The notes: a model not told the origin generated them from the sequence alone. DNA of 64,000 nucleotides from an uncultured Alphaproteobacteria bacterium (GCA_963755305.1 CAVWJL010000011.1:14034-78033); one strand, 5' to 3'; positions 18,549 through 28,328 are shown, counted from the first letter of the stretch. Program-made: numbers and translations.

Positions 18549-18905
18549 TTAGTCGGGGCACTTATCCGAAAGCTCGTCCAACGCCGCGTTCAGCGCTTTG
18601 CTGTCGGATGTTTCGTCCGCTTCATCCTCGATTTTTTTTACAGCTTCCCTGGCGGCCTTGAAATTCGCCCCAAGCGCCTGATCAAGCGATGTAGCGACCT
18701 CGGCCTCAAGTTGATCAATCCGGTCTTGAATACCCTCCACGATCTCCATCACTTTACAGAACCTAGCCAGCCTGGCGGAGTCGGAGCCAACGGCCTGGAT
18801 CAGCTTGATGGCGGCCTCCACCTGAGGGCTGGCGGCGTACGTGGGGGTGGCGATGAGGAATAGCGCAGTGGCCGTGGTAAGAGCACGCATTGTGTTAGCA
18901 CGCAT
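18549..18905 (-). CDS. Hypothetical exported alpha-helical protein
   Basis: This is a 118-aa ORF with the signal peptide MRALTTATALFLIATPTYAAS and an acidic helical body. I recognise no family. Confidence 0.5.
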   Translation of the reverse strand: MRANTMRALTTATALFLIATPTYAASPQVEAAIKLIQAVGSDSARLARFCKVMEIVEGIQDRIDQLEAEVATSLDQALGANFKAAREAVKKIEDEADETSDSKALNAALDELSDKCPD

Positions 18906-19225
18906 TGTGTTACCTCCGTAGATGTGGACCGTCGCGGCGGCATAGCCGAGTGCAAGACGCGTCCGAATTCTATATAGTGCCGTTGACGATGCAATAATTC
19001 AACTCGGTCTTCGAAAGTTGCGTCCAACCGCAGCGCGCGCGGCGCACAGCGAAGCCAATTATGATAGGCTCCCGCCAAACGCAGAGCAGCTTCGGCGGGC
19101 AAATGAAACGCGCGATTGCAGTTGAAAATTGCATATAATGCGTGCGAGCATCCCGGCCGACATTGGGTGTCTCTGTCGACAGATCAGACCGGACAAGATT
19201 TTCGGCGCCACAGGAGGACGAGATC

Positions 19226-20065
19226 ATGAAGGCAGTACTGATTCCAGCCATTGCCGGCACGCTTCTCATCACTGTAGCGGCTGTGCCAGCCGAGGAAGCT
19301 TCGAAACCCAGCCAAGTAAGTATCAGCTACGAGATTCCCAAGAACCCAAAGCACCAGCGCATATACAAGCGCATGCAGGAGCGTCGTTCGCTTGAAAATT
19401 TGCAGGAATTTCTAAGTCCATTCCGACTTCCAAGACCGTTGAAGATCGAGTTGGCCGGATGTGACGGCGAAGCTGATGCCCGATATTTTGATAACGTCAT
19501 CACCATTTGCTACGAATATCTCGACGAGCTTTGGAGGAACATGCCTAAAAAAGTGACCGCATCTGGCATCGCGCCAATCGACACGATCCTGGGTCCCCTG
19601 ATTGACACCACGCTGCACGAATTCGCGCATGCCTTGTTTGACATGCTGAAGGTTCCGGTGTTCGGGCGCGAGGAAGATGCAGCCGATCAAGTCGCAGCTT
19701 TCATTTTACTTCACCTCGGCAAGGACGAGGCGCGCCGACTGATCATGGCGACCCGGCACGCCTATATGACAGAAGCGAAAAATTCTGGTGGGCCACCGGA
19801 TCTGGAGGAGTTCTCCGAAGAACACGGCACGCCTGCGCAGCGAGCGGCCAATCTATTGTGCATCGCATATGGTGCCGATCCGAAGCTCTTCGCCGATGTT
19901 GTGTCCAAGCGATACCTGCCGAAGATCCGATCCGAGCAGTGCCAAGACGAATACGAGCAGATATATGACGCTTTCGACGCAGTGATCCTGCCTCACATTG
20001 ATCGCGATCTTGCGCAAAAGATCTTGAAAAAAGACTGGCTACCCAAACCGACGGTGCCGTTTTGA
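19226..20065 (+). CDS. Putative secreted zinc metallopeptidase (DUF4344-like)
   Basis: The ATG at 19226 is preceded by AGGAGGA. There is a signal peptide (MKAVLIPAIAGTLLITVAAVPA) and an HExxH motif in TLHEFAHALFDMLKVPVFGREEDAADQVAAFILL. Confidence 0.65.
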   Translation: MKAVLIPAIAGTLLITVAAVPAEEASKPSQVSISYEIPKNPKHQRIYKRMQERRSLENLQEFLSPFRLPRPLKIELAGCDGEADARYFDNVITICYEYLDELWRNMPKKVTASGIAPIDTILGPLIDTTLHEFAHALFDMLKVPVFGREEDAADQVAAFILLHLGKDEARRLIMATRHAYMTEAKNSGGPPDLEEFSEEHGTPAQRAANLLCIAYGADPKLFADVVSKRYLPKIRSEQCQDEYEQIYDAFDAVILPHIDRDLAQKILKKDWLPKPTVPF

Positions 20066-20147
20066 GCAGCTTAGGCCAACGTGGCTGATCCGCAGCCAGC
20101 GGAACCTAAATGGTCACACCGGCAATAGCTGCGAGGATAGAGGATCA

Positions 20148-20528
20148 CTAAAACCTCCCTTGCGCGGTCTTTCCGTCCGGCCCGGTTAGCTGGACAACGC
20201 CTTTTGCGTCAGCGGGTAACGTCACCGGAGATGTTCCCGAAAGGCGGACGCCGTCCTGCGGCGCAAGCGCGATACGCTGAGCCTTGCCGTCCGCCGTCAG
20301 AATGGCCATGCCTTTGAAGCCGGTGATGGCAACCGCCTTTTCGGCAGAATCGCTCACAAACACGGTCACCGTCTTGTCTCGGATGACCAGCTCGACGTGG
20401 TACGAGCCGGCATCCACGACCCGGCCGCCGTTTGGACCTTTGATGATTTCGTGCGCCAGCACCGGAGTGGCGATGAAAAAGAGCGATGCGAGGGCAACGA
20501 TTCTGAGCCGCATTGGGTTCTCTTTCAT
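20148..20528 (-). CDS. Hypothetical periplasmic protein downstream of the efflux-pump remnant
   Basis: This is a 126-aa internal ORF (MKENPMRLRIVALASLFFIATPVLAHE...) with a signal peptide. It starts 6 nt after the stop of the CusA-like remnant. Confidence 0.55.
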   Translation of the reverse strand: MKENPMRLRIVALASLFFIATPVLAHEIIKGPNGGRVVDAGSYHVELVIRDKTVTVFVSDSAEKAVAITGFKGMAILTADGKAQRIALAPQDGVRLSGTSPVTLPADAKGVVQLTGPDGKTAQGRF

Positions 20529-20533
20529 GGCGA

Positions 20534-21240
20534 TCAAAACGTCGGCGGCGCGGAGGCTAGGGCGGCGCTGGGAGTGGAAGACGGTGAAGCTGCGGTGGCG
20601 ACGCGCAAATTCTCCAGCGGCTGGAGGCCGAATTTCAGGAACAGGATCGGCGTGAGAAAGGTGTCGAGGACGGTCGCGCTGATCAGGCCGCCGAAGATGG
20701 TGACCGCGACCGGATGGAGGATTTCGGTGCCGGGGCTGGATGGATCGATAAGCAAGGGAAACAGCGCGACCGCGGCCGCCAACGCAGTCATCAATACGGG
20801 GGTGAGCCGCTCCAGCGTGCCGCGCACGACAAGCTCGCGTCCGAACGGCACGCCTTCGTGCAGGGACAGGTTGATGTAATGAGAAATCTTGAGAATGCCG
20901 TTGCGGGCGGCAATGCCGGCGAGAGTAATGAATCCGATCATGCTGGCGATGGAGAGAGGCTGTCCGGCAACCCAAAGTGCGGCGACTGCACCGATTAGCC
21001 CGAGCGGCACAATGGCCATGATGATGAGGGCAAGCACCGCCGAGCGGTAACGGCCGTAAAGGATGACAAAGATCAGGGCGAGCGATACCGCCGAGAGCGC
21101 GCCGATGGTACGGCTCGCCTCCTCCTGCGCCTGGAAGGTCCCTTCGAGATTGATGAAATAGCCTTCCGGGAGCTTGCTCGCGCTGGCCTCACGCCGTACC
21201 TCGGCGACTCGCCGCGTGGGGCGATCGTGGCGCTTGTCAG
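20534..21240 (-). pseudogene. CusA/CzcA-family heavy-metal RND efflux pump, C-terminal ~230 codons only
   Basis: My translation is ...KLPEGYFINLEGTFQAQEEASRTIGALSAVSLALIFVILYGRYRSAVLALIIMAIVPLGLIGAVAALWVAGQPLSIASMIGFITLAGIAARNGILKISHYINL...TVLDTFLTPILFLKFG. This corresponds to TM8-TM12 of HME-RND pumps. The upstream ~800 codons are absent. Confidence 0.75.
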
Positions 21241-21666
21241 CGGCGGCGGCGCGCCGTGATCGTGCCCCTCATGTGCAGGGAGCAGACCCGCACCGAGGAA
21301 GATGAGCAAGACCGCCATGCCTATGGCGGCGGATATGAACTTCATGGAGCATCCTTCGCCTTGAACGGAGATGCGCCCCACGCGTGCACGGCTGCACCGT
21401 GAGCTCACCGCGGGAACGCGACGGTTCAGGCGAAGAATTTAGGAGGTTTCGGCAATGCTTCAGGAGGGAGGCCGTGCGCTGGCAGCGCCTGTTTGAACAC
21501 ACACGGCACAAACCGCAGGATTGGACAAATTTCAAACGGGTTCGGCGCGAGAGCAACGCCACAACAGGCCATGCCGGTGATCCCGCCGCAGCACCGTCCG
21601 CCGCAATTCGCCGGGGCGTTGGGGGCCTCGGAAAGCGGCCCAAGGGTAAATATCGAGACAACCTCC

Positions 21667-21855
21667 TCACCGGCCCGAAGTCACGGGGATATTCATTGAA
21701 GGGGTTACATCCGGGGAGGACGCGGTCGCTTTCGCAACGACGGGCGCGCGATGATGGGCATGACCGTCATGAGCCATAACGACAGACGGCACGGCAAAGG
21801 CCGCGATAAAGACCACCATCGCGACAATCCGAGCGCATTGCTGCTTCAAAGCCAT
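21667..21855 (-). CDS. Small exported His-rich protein (possible metal-binding)
   Basis: MALKQQCARIVAMVVFIAAFAVPSVVMAHDGHAHHRAP... has a signal peptide followed by an HDGHAHH motif. A truncated paralogue (MKFISAAIGMAVLLIFLGAGLLPAHEGHDHG) starts at 21345. Confidence 0.4.
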   Translation of the reverse strand: MALKQQCARIVAMVVFIAAFAVPSVVMAHDGHAHHRAPVVAKATASSPDVTPSMNIPVTSGR

Positions 21856-22021
21856 AAAGTAGCTTACCAGAAATAGCCGGAACCCCCAAACAATTCCAGC
21901 GGGTCGCAAATGGCAGTTGATCCGGCGTTTCAGCGGCGAGATGCCGCGATTTCATCACGCTGTTCGAGGATTTCTCGCATCATTTTGCGGCGTTAACGAA
22001 GAAGCGGGGAGCGGCAGTGAC

Positions 22022-22219
22022 CTAACTAATGAGCTCGGCGATGCCGACGACAAGCGCGCCCATGCCCATCCCCATGCCGACCGTTACCGCGATCGCGATC
22101 CAGGTATCGCGCCCGTTCTTCGCAAGCGGGTTGATTTGTCCGTCGGCGCCCGGAAGACTGACCCACAGCCCTCCTGTTGACGCGCTGAAGATAATTATGC
22201 CGGACAACAAGTAGCCCAT
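22022..22219 (-). CDS. Possible small membrane protein
   Basis: The internal start gives MGYLLSGIIIFSASTGGLWVSLPGADGQINPLAKNGRDTWIAIAVTVGMGMGMGALVVGIAELIS, with two hydrophobic segments. It overlaps the 3' end of the kinase gene by 25 nt. Confidence 0.3.
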   Translation of the reverse strand: MGYLLSGIIIFSASTGGLWVSLPGADGQINPLAKNGRDTWIAIAVTVGMGMGMGALVVGIAELIS

Positions 22220-23715
22220 GAGATGTCCCTCTGCCTGTGGATTTCGCCTTCGTTCGCCGTCACAAAGGCTTTGGCGATCCACAGGCCGAGACCGGAACCC
22301 GTCACATTCGACGCGTGCCGTTCGCCCCTGAAGAATCGCTCCCATAGCCGTGTGCGCTCGTCCCCTACGAGACCGATGCCTTCATCCTTGACCAACAGCA
22401 CGATTGATCTGTCCTTGGTCTTGATCGAGAGCGTGATGGTCGTCCCGGGGCGGGAGTATTTTGCCGCGTTGTCGATGATCTGCCCGAGGGCTTGCTCGAG
22501 CAGAACCGGATCGACGTAAACGAACGGCAGATCGGCTGGTAAATCCAGCGCGACGCGGTGGCCGGACAGCAGCCGTTGGCGCCGTTCGATCGCCGCATTG
22601 ATGATGTCGGTCGGCTCAACCCACTCGCAATCGAGCCGCACGCCCGCGCTGGAAATCAGCGCGGCATCGAGCAAATCCTGCACATCGCCGTTCAACCGGT
22701 CCACCTCGTAGCGCAAGACGTTGGCGAGCGAGGCGAGCTTCGGATTGGCGTTGTTCCCCGGCGCCTGACTGATCACCGTTGCGGCGCCGAGAATCGAAAC
22801 CAGCGGCGTGCGCAACTGATGCGAAACCGAACCGATGAGCGCGTCGCGCAGCGCCTCAGTCTCGGAACGCACGCGCGCGCCGCTAATCGCCTGATCGAGG
22901 TCGAGGCGGTCGAGCTTCGCAGTCGCATCGTCAAGCATCGCGTCCACGCGCTCCTTGATGAGGTCGGCAGCATCTCCTGCGTGCGCGCCGAGATCGATTG
23001 CAAGAACGGCAATATCACCGGTCTTTCCCGACACCGGCCGGACGATCCAGGCATGACCCTCACCGTCGTCGATTACATCCCCCTTGCGCCCGACCTTCCG
23101 GCCGTCCGCCAAGGCTTCGGTCTCATGCTTCACAAGAGCCGGCAGCGGCTCCTCGATGGCGAGAGACGTCCCAGTTCCTCCGCGCGGCGCGGTTTCGAAC
23201 AGCAGCATACGGCAACCGATCACGGAGGCGAGATGCTCCCGAATGGCAGTGTAAATGTCGCTTGCGGTGTGGGCGGCCGCGAGCCGCCGGGAGAACTTGT
23301 ACAGTTCCTGCACTTCATTTTCGCGGCGGCGGGCGACATCGGCCTGCCGCCGCAAACTGGTCGCAAGATGACCGGTGACGATCGCGACGAAAACGAAGAG
23401 CGGGAGGTCGATCAGTTGCTGCGGGTCGTGCACGCGAAAGTCGTAGATCGGCGGATAGAAGAAGAACGCTGTCGCCCCACAGCCTGCAAGCGCCACGAAG
23501 ACTGCCGGCACGATCCCCAATTTCGTCGCCGCGATGACGACGGGGACGAGATAAACCAGCGTTACGTGTCGCAGCGCAAAGACATAATCCAACAACAGCA
23601 GACCGATTGTCGTGATCGCCACAAGCGCGAGCGATTTCAACATCGGCAGCAACTGGTCTTTCACCAGTTGCCCGACTGACGCACGCTGATCCTGGTTTGC
23701 GTCTTGCTGCCGCAT
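22195..23715 (-). CDS. Sensor histidine kinase with a KdpD-type DUF4118 membrane domain
   Basis: The membrane domain reads LVYLVPVVIAATKLGIVPAVFVALAGCGATAFFFYPPIYDFRVHDPQQLIDLPLFVFVAIVTGHL (DUF4118). The H-box is LIGSVSHQLRTPL, the N-box is IIDNAAKYS, and the G-boxes are VKDEGIGL and GSGLGLWIAKAF. I place the start at the ATG at 23715. Only 14 residues follow the G2 box, so the C-terminus may be truncated. Confidence 0.8.
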   Translation of the reverse strand: MRQQDANQDQRASVGQLVKDQLLPMLKSLALVAITTIGLLLLDYVFALRHVTLVYLVPVVIAATKLGIVPAVFVALAGCGATAFFFYPPIYDFRVHDPQQLIDLPLFVFVAIVTGHLATSLRRQADVARRRENEVQELYKFSRRLAAAHTASDIYTAIREHLASVIGCRMLLFETAPRGGTGTSLAIEEPLPALVKHETEALADGRKVGRKGDVIDDGEGHAWIVRPVSGKTGDIAVLAIDLGAHAGDAADLIKERVDAMLDDATAKLDRLDLDQAISGARVRSETEALRDALIGSVSHQLRTPLVSILGAATVISQAPGNNANPKLASLANVLRYEVDRLNGDVQDLLDAALISSAGVRLDCEWVEPTDIINAAIERRQRLLSGHRVALDLPADLPFVYVDPVLLEQALGQIIDNAAKYSRPGTTITLSIKTKDRSIVLLVKDEGIGLVGDERTRLWERFFRGERHASNVTGSGLGLWIAKAFVTANEGEIHRQRDISWATCCPA

Positions 23716-24127
23716 GATGCGCCGATACCGCTTCGGCTTCCGCCGTCGACAGGACTTGCGATTGCCCGCGACGGAGGCCTCAAACCGAAGGCCAATTATA
23801 CGTTTTGACACGATCCAATCCGTCGATTTATCGCGCCTCCCGCACAAACCCAGATTTGAGTGAAAAGCCATTCTAGAACAGATGGTTGCCGATCAAGCTA
23901 TGGCTTTTGGTCTAATACAAGTTGCGCACAGACAAGCTGCCCTGGCTGTCCCTAGCGTCGGGACAAGCGGCCCTGGCTTTGCACGGGCGGTATGGGGGTT
24001 TGTTCGATCCGAGCGAACACGGCGGACTCCAGCTCAAAAAAATGGTCGCAAAGCTCAATGGCGAGAAGTCGTTTGCTGCGCGGCCATCCGCGCAGCGGGA
24101 AGCCTGAGAAAATAGGAGGAAACAACT

Positions 24128-25561
24128 ATGGCTGGTCCGGAAGTTCCGAAAGATTTCCGACGCGTGATCATCGCTGCGGCGGTGGGAAACGTCATCGAGT
24201 GGTATGACTTTTATATCTTCGGCAGCTTGGCTGCTGTGTTGTCGGTCAAGTTCTTCGAGAAGAGCCATCCGGTCGCGGCGCTCTTGAGCACGATCGCGCT
24301 GTTCACCGCGGGCTTTCTGATCCGTCCGCTGGGGGCATTCCTGTTCGGATGGATGGGCGACCGGATCGGGCGCAAATACACCTTCCTCGTCACGCTCACC
24401 GGCATGGGGCTGGGAACCGGGGCGATCGGGTTGATCCCGACCTACGAGCAGATCGGTCTCTCCGCCGCCTTCATTCTGTTCGGCCTGCGCATGATCCAGG
24501 GCCTGTGCCTGGGCGGCGAATATGGCGGCGCCATCACCTACGTCGCCGAGCATGTCTCGGACGAACGCCGCGGCTACTACACCGGCTGGCTGCAGACCTC
24601 TCCGACGCTCGGCATCGTAGTGTCGCTGGCCGTGATCATCGCGACGCGCCAGTATTACGGCAATGCCGAGTTCGATGCGTGGGCCTGGCGAATTCCCTTC
24701 CTGATCTCCTTCCTGCTGGTGGCGATGGCAATCTACATCCGGCTGCAACTGCAGGAGACGCCGATCTTCCAGGAGATCAAGGCCAAGGGACAGATGACCA
24801 AGAATCCCTGGAAAGAGGCCTTCCTCAGCTCGAATATCAAATACATCCTGATCGCCACCGTCGTGCTGATCGGTCAGGGAGTGGTCTGGTACAGCGGTCA
24901 GTTCTGGGCGCTGTACTTCCTGCAGCAGGTTTCCAAGGTGGACCCGTTGACTTCGGCCTACATCGTGGGAGCCGCGCTGCTCATTGCAACGCCGAGCTTG
25001 ATCTTCTTCGGCTGGCTGTCCGACAAGATCGGCCGCAAGCCGGTGATCCTGGGAGGCATGTTGCTCGCGTCGATCACCTACTATCCGCTGTATTTGTGGC
25101 TGGGAACGGTCACGGTGCCCGGCAACATCAACTATCCGGTCGCGGTCTTCATCATCTTCATCCTCGTTTGCTACGTCGGAATGGTGTATGGGCCGGTCGG
25201 GGCGTTCCTGGCGGAATTCTTCCCCGGCAGGATTCGCTACACGTCGGTGTCGGTGCCATATCACATCGGCAACGGCTGGGGTGGCGGATTGGTGCCGTTC
25301 ATCACCTCGGCGGCTTTCGCGGCGACGGGCAGTATTGGCTACGCGCTGATCTACCCGATTGCGGTTCCGGCGGTGTGCTTTCTGCTCGCGCTCTTCCTGA
25401 TGCCCGAGAACTCGCAAACTGAGCATCTGGAAAGAAGCAGCGGCCAAACCAGCCTAGTGGGCCCACCTGCGACGCGAGCCCTTCGCCCCGGCACACGCGC
25501 CGGGGCATTTTCTTTTCAGGCGCACGGCGGTGTCACGACCGCTAGCCAAGAGTATTCATGA
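24128..25561 (+). CDS. MFS transporter, metabolite:H+ symporter (MHS; ProP/KgtP-like) family
   Basis: This is a 477-aa ORF with 12 predicted TM segments. It carries the MHS signatures NVIEWYDFYIFGSLAAV and GWMGDRIGRKYTFLVTL. The last ~45 codons look non-homologous and abut an IS fragment, so the 3' end may be altered. Confidence 0.85.
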   Translation: MAGPEVPKDFRRVIIAAAVGNVIEWYDFYIFGSLAAVLSVKFFEKSHPVAALLSTIALFTAGFLIRPLGAFLFGWMGDRIGRKYTFLVTLTGMGLGTGAIGLIPTYEQIGLSAAFILFGLRMIQGLCLGGEYGGAITYVAEHVSDERRGYYTGWLQTSPTLGIVVSLAVIIATRQYYGNAEFDAWAWRIPFLISFLLVAMAIYIRLQLQETPIFQEIKAKGQMTKNPWKEAFLSSNIKYILIATVVLIGQGVVWYSGQFWALYFLQQVSKVDPLTSAYIVGAALLIATPSLIFFGWLSDKIGRKPVILGGMLLASITYYPLYLWLGTVTVPGNINYPVAVFIIFILVCYVGMVYGPVGAFLAEFFPGRIRYTSVSVPYHIGNGWGGGLVPFITSAAFAATGSIGYALIYPIAVPAVCFLLALFLMPENSQTEHLERSSGQTSLVGPPATRALRPGTRAGAFSFQAHGGVTTASQEYS

Positions 25562-25783
25562 TCTTGGCCCAGACACCAGCACCCCGCCAGCCAACGAAGC
25601 GATTGTAGTAGGTGGTATAGGGGCCGAAGCTGCCGGGCGGATCGCGCCATGCGTGCCAGATCGCAGGACCCAGCAGATGCCGTTGAGCACACGACGATCA
25701 TTCACCCGAGGCACACCGCGCGGTTTGTTCGGCAGCATCGGCCTGACGGCAGTCCACTCATCGTCGGTGAGTTCGTAGCGCAT
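25556..25783 (-). pseudogene. IS5-family transposase, N-terminal fragment (third copy in the window)
   Basis: MRYELTDDEWTAVRPMLPNKPRGVPRVNDRRVLNGICWVLRSG is followed by a frameshift, and homology ends near 25556. Confidence 0.7.
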
Positions 25784-25801
25784 GACTCGAGCCCTTCATT
25801 A

Positions 25802-25933
25802 ATCCGGATGGACTATCGCTGGGCGATACCAAGCGACACGGCGTCGATCCAGCGATTCGCCAAGGAGCTCGTCGCGCTCCGCCCCGACCTTATTCTTACG
25901 CAAAACACGCCCAACACCGTGGCGCTGTTTTGA
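25802..25933 (+). pseudogene. Internal fragment of an ABC_sub_bind-type solute-binding protein
   Basis: IRMDYRWAIPSDTASIQRFAKELVALRPDLILTQNTPNTVAL aligns with IEYRWAEGRNERFVEIAAEFVRLKIDVIVTSGGAIRAA of the intact paralogue at 60230-61210. Confidence 0.45.
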
Positions 25934-26419
25934 TCTACCGACAGTGCAAAGCCATCCTTAACGAAGTCCTCGCCGCGCCGGATCGCTGGACCTATACAGA
26001 CATTGCCATCGCCCCGCCGAGCGAGGAAGAATTCGCGACGCTTGATCTCTACCATGCAACAGCCGGTGGCGAAGCGGCCCTCGCGCGCAAGGCGCGCGTC
26101 GACGCGATCCGGTTGGGCGGCAAGCTTAGTACTGTCTAACGAGGCGTCGCCTCAGACCGCAATCCGACGGCTTTCTGGGGTAGACCTGCCGAGATATACT
26201 CACTGTGAGCTCTTCTGCCCGTGGACCCCGAGCGGTCATTTGGGCTTTTGAGGCTTTGAGGCTTTGAAGCTTCGCCCGCGCGGCACTGATCGATTTCCCT
26301 TGGCTGTGACCCAACCGCGACAGGCGTCGAATGCGCTTGATGGTACCCTACGTAGCCTGACGGCGAAACTTGCGCGTTAGCAAGTAACCCGGGGGTATTG
26401 ATGATACAGTGGTGCAGGT

Positions 26420-27349
26420 GTGGCCTCGGTCAAAAATAGCGCTTTATCTTGGGTGGCGTTCGGGACCATCGCGACCGTGTTAATCGTCGCAAACGCGAAG
26501 GCCCAGGATGCCGAGCCAAGGTCATACACGAACACGCCGGTCGGACTTAATTTTTTGATTGCAGGTTACGCGTACTCTCAAGGCAAAATCGCATTTAATC
26601 CATCTTTGGCGATCGCCGACGCACAATTTCACACACATGCCGAGGCCTTAGCTTACGTGCGGTCCCTTGACGTATGGGGTAAGTCCGCCAAGTTCGATGT
26701 ACTATTGCCATATTCGTCTTTTTCCGCGCAGGCTCTCGTAGCCGGCTTGCCTAGAGAGCGCGAGATGTCGGGATTGGGCGATCCGCGATTTCGTTTTTCG
26801 ATAAACTTGTTCGGGGCTCCCGCGCTTTCAGTGAAGGAGTTTGCGAACTACCAGCAGGACCTCATTATCGGCGTGAGCCTGCAGGTGTCGGCTCCACTGG
26901 GGCAATACGACAACAGAAAATTGCTCAACCTCGGCAACAACCGTTGGTCGTTCAGACCCGAGCTGGGTATTTCCAAGGCGTGGGGCCCATGGACGGTGGA
27001 GGTCGTCCCTAGCGTTACATTTTTCACCGACAACCCTGATTTCTTCAACGGTAGCAAGTTCGCGCAGGCGCCGATTTATTTGATGCGGGGGCACATCATG
27101 TACAATTTCGAATCCGGCGCATGGGTGTCATTGGATGGTATCTACTTTACGGGCGGCCGCACCACCGTAAACGGCGTGAGAGGGGATAACGAGCAAACGA
27201 ACACGCGGGCTGGCTTGACCCTCGCTCTACCGGTGGACCGTCACAACTCGATCAAACTTAATGGCAGCACTGGCATAACGACCCGTACCGGAAGCGAGTT
27301 CAGCGTGGTTGCAGTCGCGTGGCAGTATCGTTGGGGTGCCGGATATTGA
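26420..27349 (+). CDS. Outer-membrane beta-barrel 'transporter' protein (MetA-pathway phenol-degradation-like family)
   Basis: The gene has a GTG start and a signal peptide ending ANAKAQD. EPRSYTNTPVGLNFLIAGYAYSQGKIAFNPSL, alternating amphipathic strands and a terminal aromatic tail (WQYRWGAGY) fit this family as I remember it. Confidence 0.65.
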   Translation: MASVKNSALSWVAFGTIATVLIVANAKAQDAEPRSYTNTPVGLNFLIAGYAYSQGKIAFNPSLAIADAQFHTHAEALAYVRSLDVWGKSAKFDVLLPYSSFSAQALVAGLPREREMSGLGDPRFRFSINLFGAPALSVKEFANYQQDLIIGVSLQVSAPLGQYDNRKLLNLGNNRWSFRPELGISKAWGPWTVEVVPSVTFFTDNPDFFNGSKFAQAPIYLMRGHIMYNFESGAWVSLDGIYFTGGRTTVNGVRGDNEQTNTRAGLTLALPVDRHNSIKLNGSTGITTRTGSEFSVVAVAWQYRWGAGY

Positions 27350-27472
27350 GGAGTTCGGTCGCTTCGGAATCGGCACTAGGGACCTTCCATCGTGGGGTTC
27401 GAAGACGAGGCGGAACAATCTAACGGACGGCCTTGCCGTAGCGTGACGGCAGTTCCAAGCCAACATGCGAAG

Positions 27473-27800
27473 TCACCTCATCCATCGCCCCGCGAGGGAC
27501 ATGATTCCACCACGCGGTGGAGCTCGAGTTCCTCCCATCGGATCAGATGCCGCACGGTTTTCATGCTGCTGCCGGTGCCTGGTCTCGGTCCACCGGAACT
27601 CAGTGCCGTCAACCCAGATGCGGTGCATGATCACGGCCAACCGGCGCGCCAGCGCCACGATCGCCTATTTCATTCCGCGGCGCCTGGCGATCTGCATCGC
27701 CCAGGCCTTGAGCCAAGCGACCTGCTGGCCTTATATTAGCGATTGATGTCGGCTCATCGGGGTAAAGCTGACTCCGCGCGGACGCTGCTAGAACCGCCGG
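27473..27800 (-). pseudogene. IS110-family transposase, C-terminal fragment with an in-frame stop and frameshifts
   Basis: ALARRLAVIMHRIWVDGTEFRW is the conserved IS110 C-terminus. Upstream, SWLKAWAMQIARRRGMK-stop-AIVAL shows a TAG in frame. Homology further upstream is weak. Confidence 0.55.
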
Positions 27801-27911
27801 TCTTGGGGCCCTTCTCGGACCTGCGGGCATGCCCGCTTTCACGCTGCTGTTGGGGGAAGCGGACATCAGCGCACTGAGTTGCGCCACTGCGTCCTATGAG
27901 TACACGGCCTA

Positions 27912-28328
27912 CTAGCTAACAAATCTGCCGCTATCGCCATCGATTTCCTGCACGAGATTGACGATTTTGCGCCGCAGCTGCACGTTCTTAATCCGCATGA
28001 ACGCTCTGGAGAGGGCAAGCCCGTCTGAGGTAGCAAAAAATGCCGTTGTATAATCCACCGTCGGAGGCATGCCCTTGACCTTGGGTTCACCTGTTGCGTT
28101 CGGCGCGCCTTCGAAGAAAAATGCCACCGGAACCTGCAGAATATGAGCGCATTTCTGCAGTGTACTGGCACTGATGCGGTTCGTGCCTTTCTCGTATTTC
28201 TGGACTTGCTGGAAGGTGAGGCCAAGCGCATCGCCTAGTTTGGTCTGGCTCATTCCCAGCATCTTGCGTCGCATGCGTAAAAGGAGGCCCACATGCTTAT
28301 CGGTTGGGTTTGGCGCCTTTGACGGCAT
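27912..28328 (-). CDS. XRE-family helix-turn-helix transcriptional regulator
   Basis: HVGLLLRMRRKMLGMSQTKLGDALGLTFQQVQKYEKGTNRISASTLQKCAHILQVPVAFFF is a canonical HTH_3 domain. Confidence 0.8.
   Translation of the reverse strand: MPSKAPNPTDKHVGLLLRMRRKMLGMSQTKLGDALGLTFQQVQKYEKGTNRISASTLQKCAHILQVPVAFFFEGAPNATGEPKVKGMPPTVDYTTAFFATSDGLALSRAFMRIKNVQLRRKIVNLVQEIDGDSGRFVS

Noticed and set aside
23912-25447. 511-aa ORF antisense to the MFS transporter (and the 357-aa alternative plus-strand frame at 24349-25422)
   Set aside because: The MFS frame shows 12 TM helices and family motifs. The other frames are Arg/Asp/Pro-rich with no recognisable domains.
26244-26272. Micro-repeat GCTTT(T)GAG x3
   Set aside because: It is very short and imperfect, and lies in an intergenic region without nearby starts. 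It is likely slippage noise.
245-27800. Idea that the IS110 N-terminal fragment (245-514) and C-terminal fragment (27473-27800) are two halves of one element split by a 27-kb insertion
   Set aside because: Both are on the minus strand, but the N-terminal piece is at the lower coordinate. That is the wrong order for a simple split. They are more likely independent remnants, or the result of more complex rearrangement.
27845-27900. Short dispersed motif (A)AGCGGACATCAGCG...TATGAGTAC, shared with 41268-41325 and loosely with 19150-19200 (reads ...ADIS.../...PADIG...)
   Set aside because: The matches are only ~15-20 nt, with no consistent structure or flanking conservation. This is probably the common degenerate intergenic repeat of Bradyrhizobiaceae, and there is too little information to call a feature.
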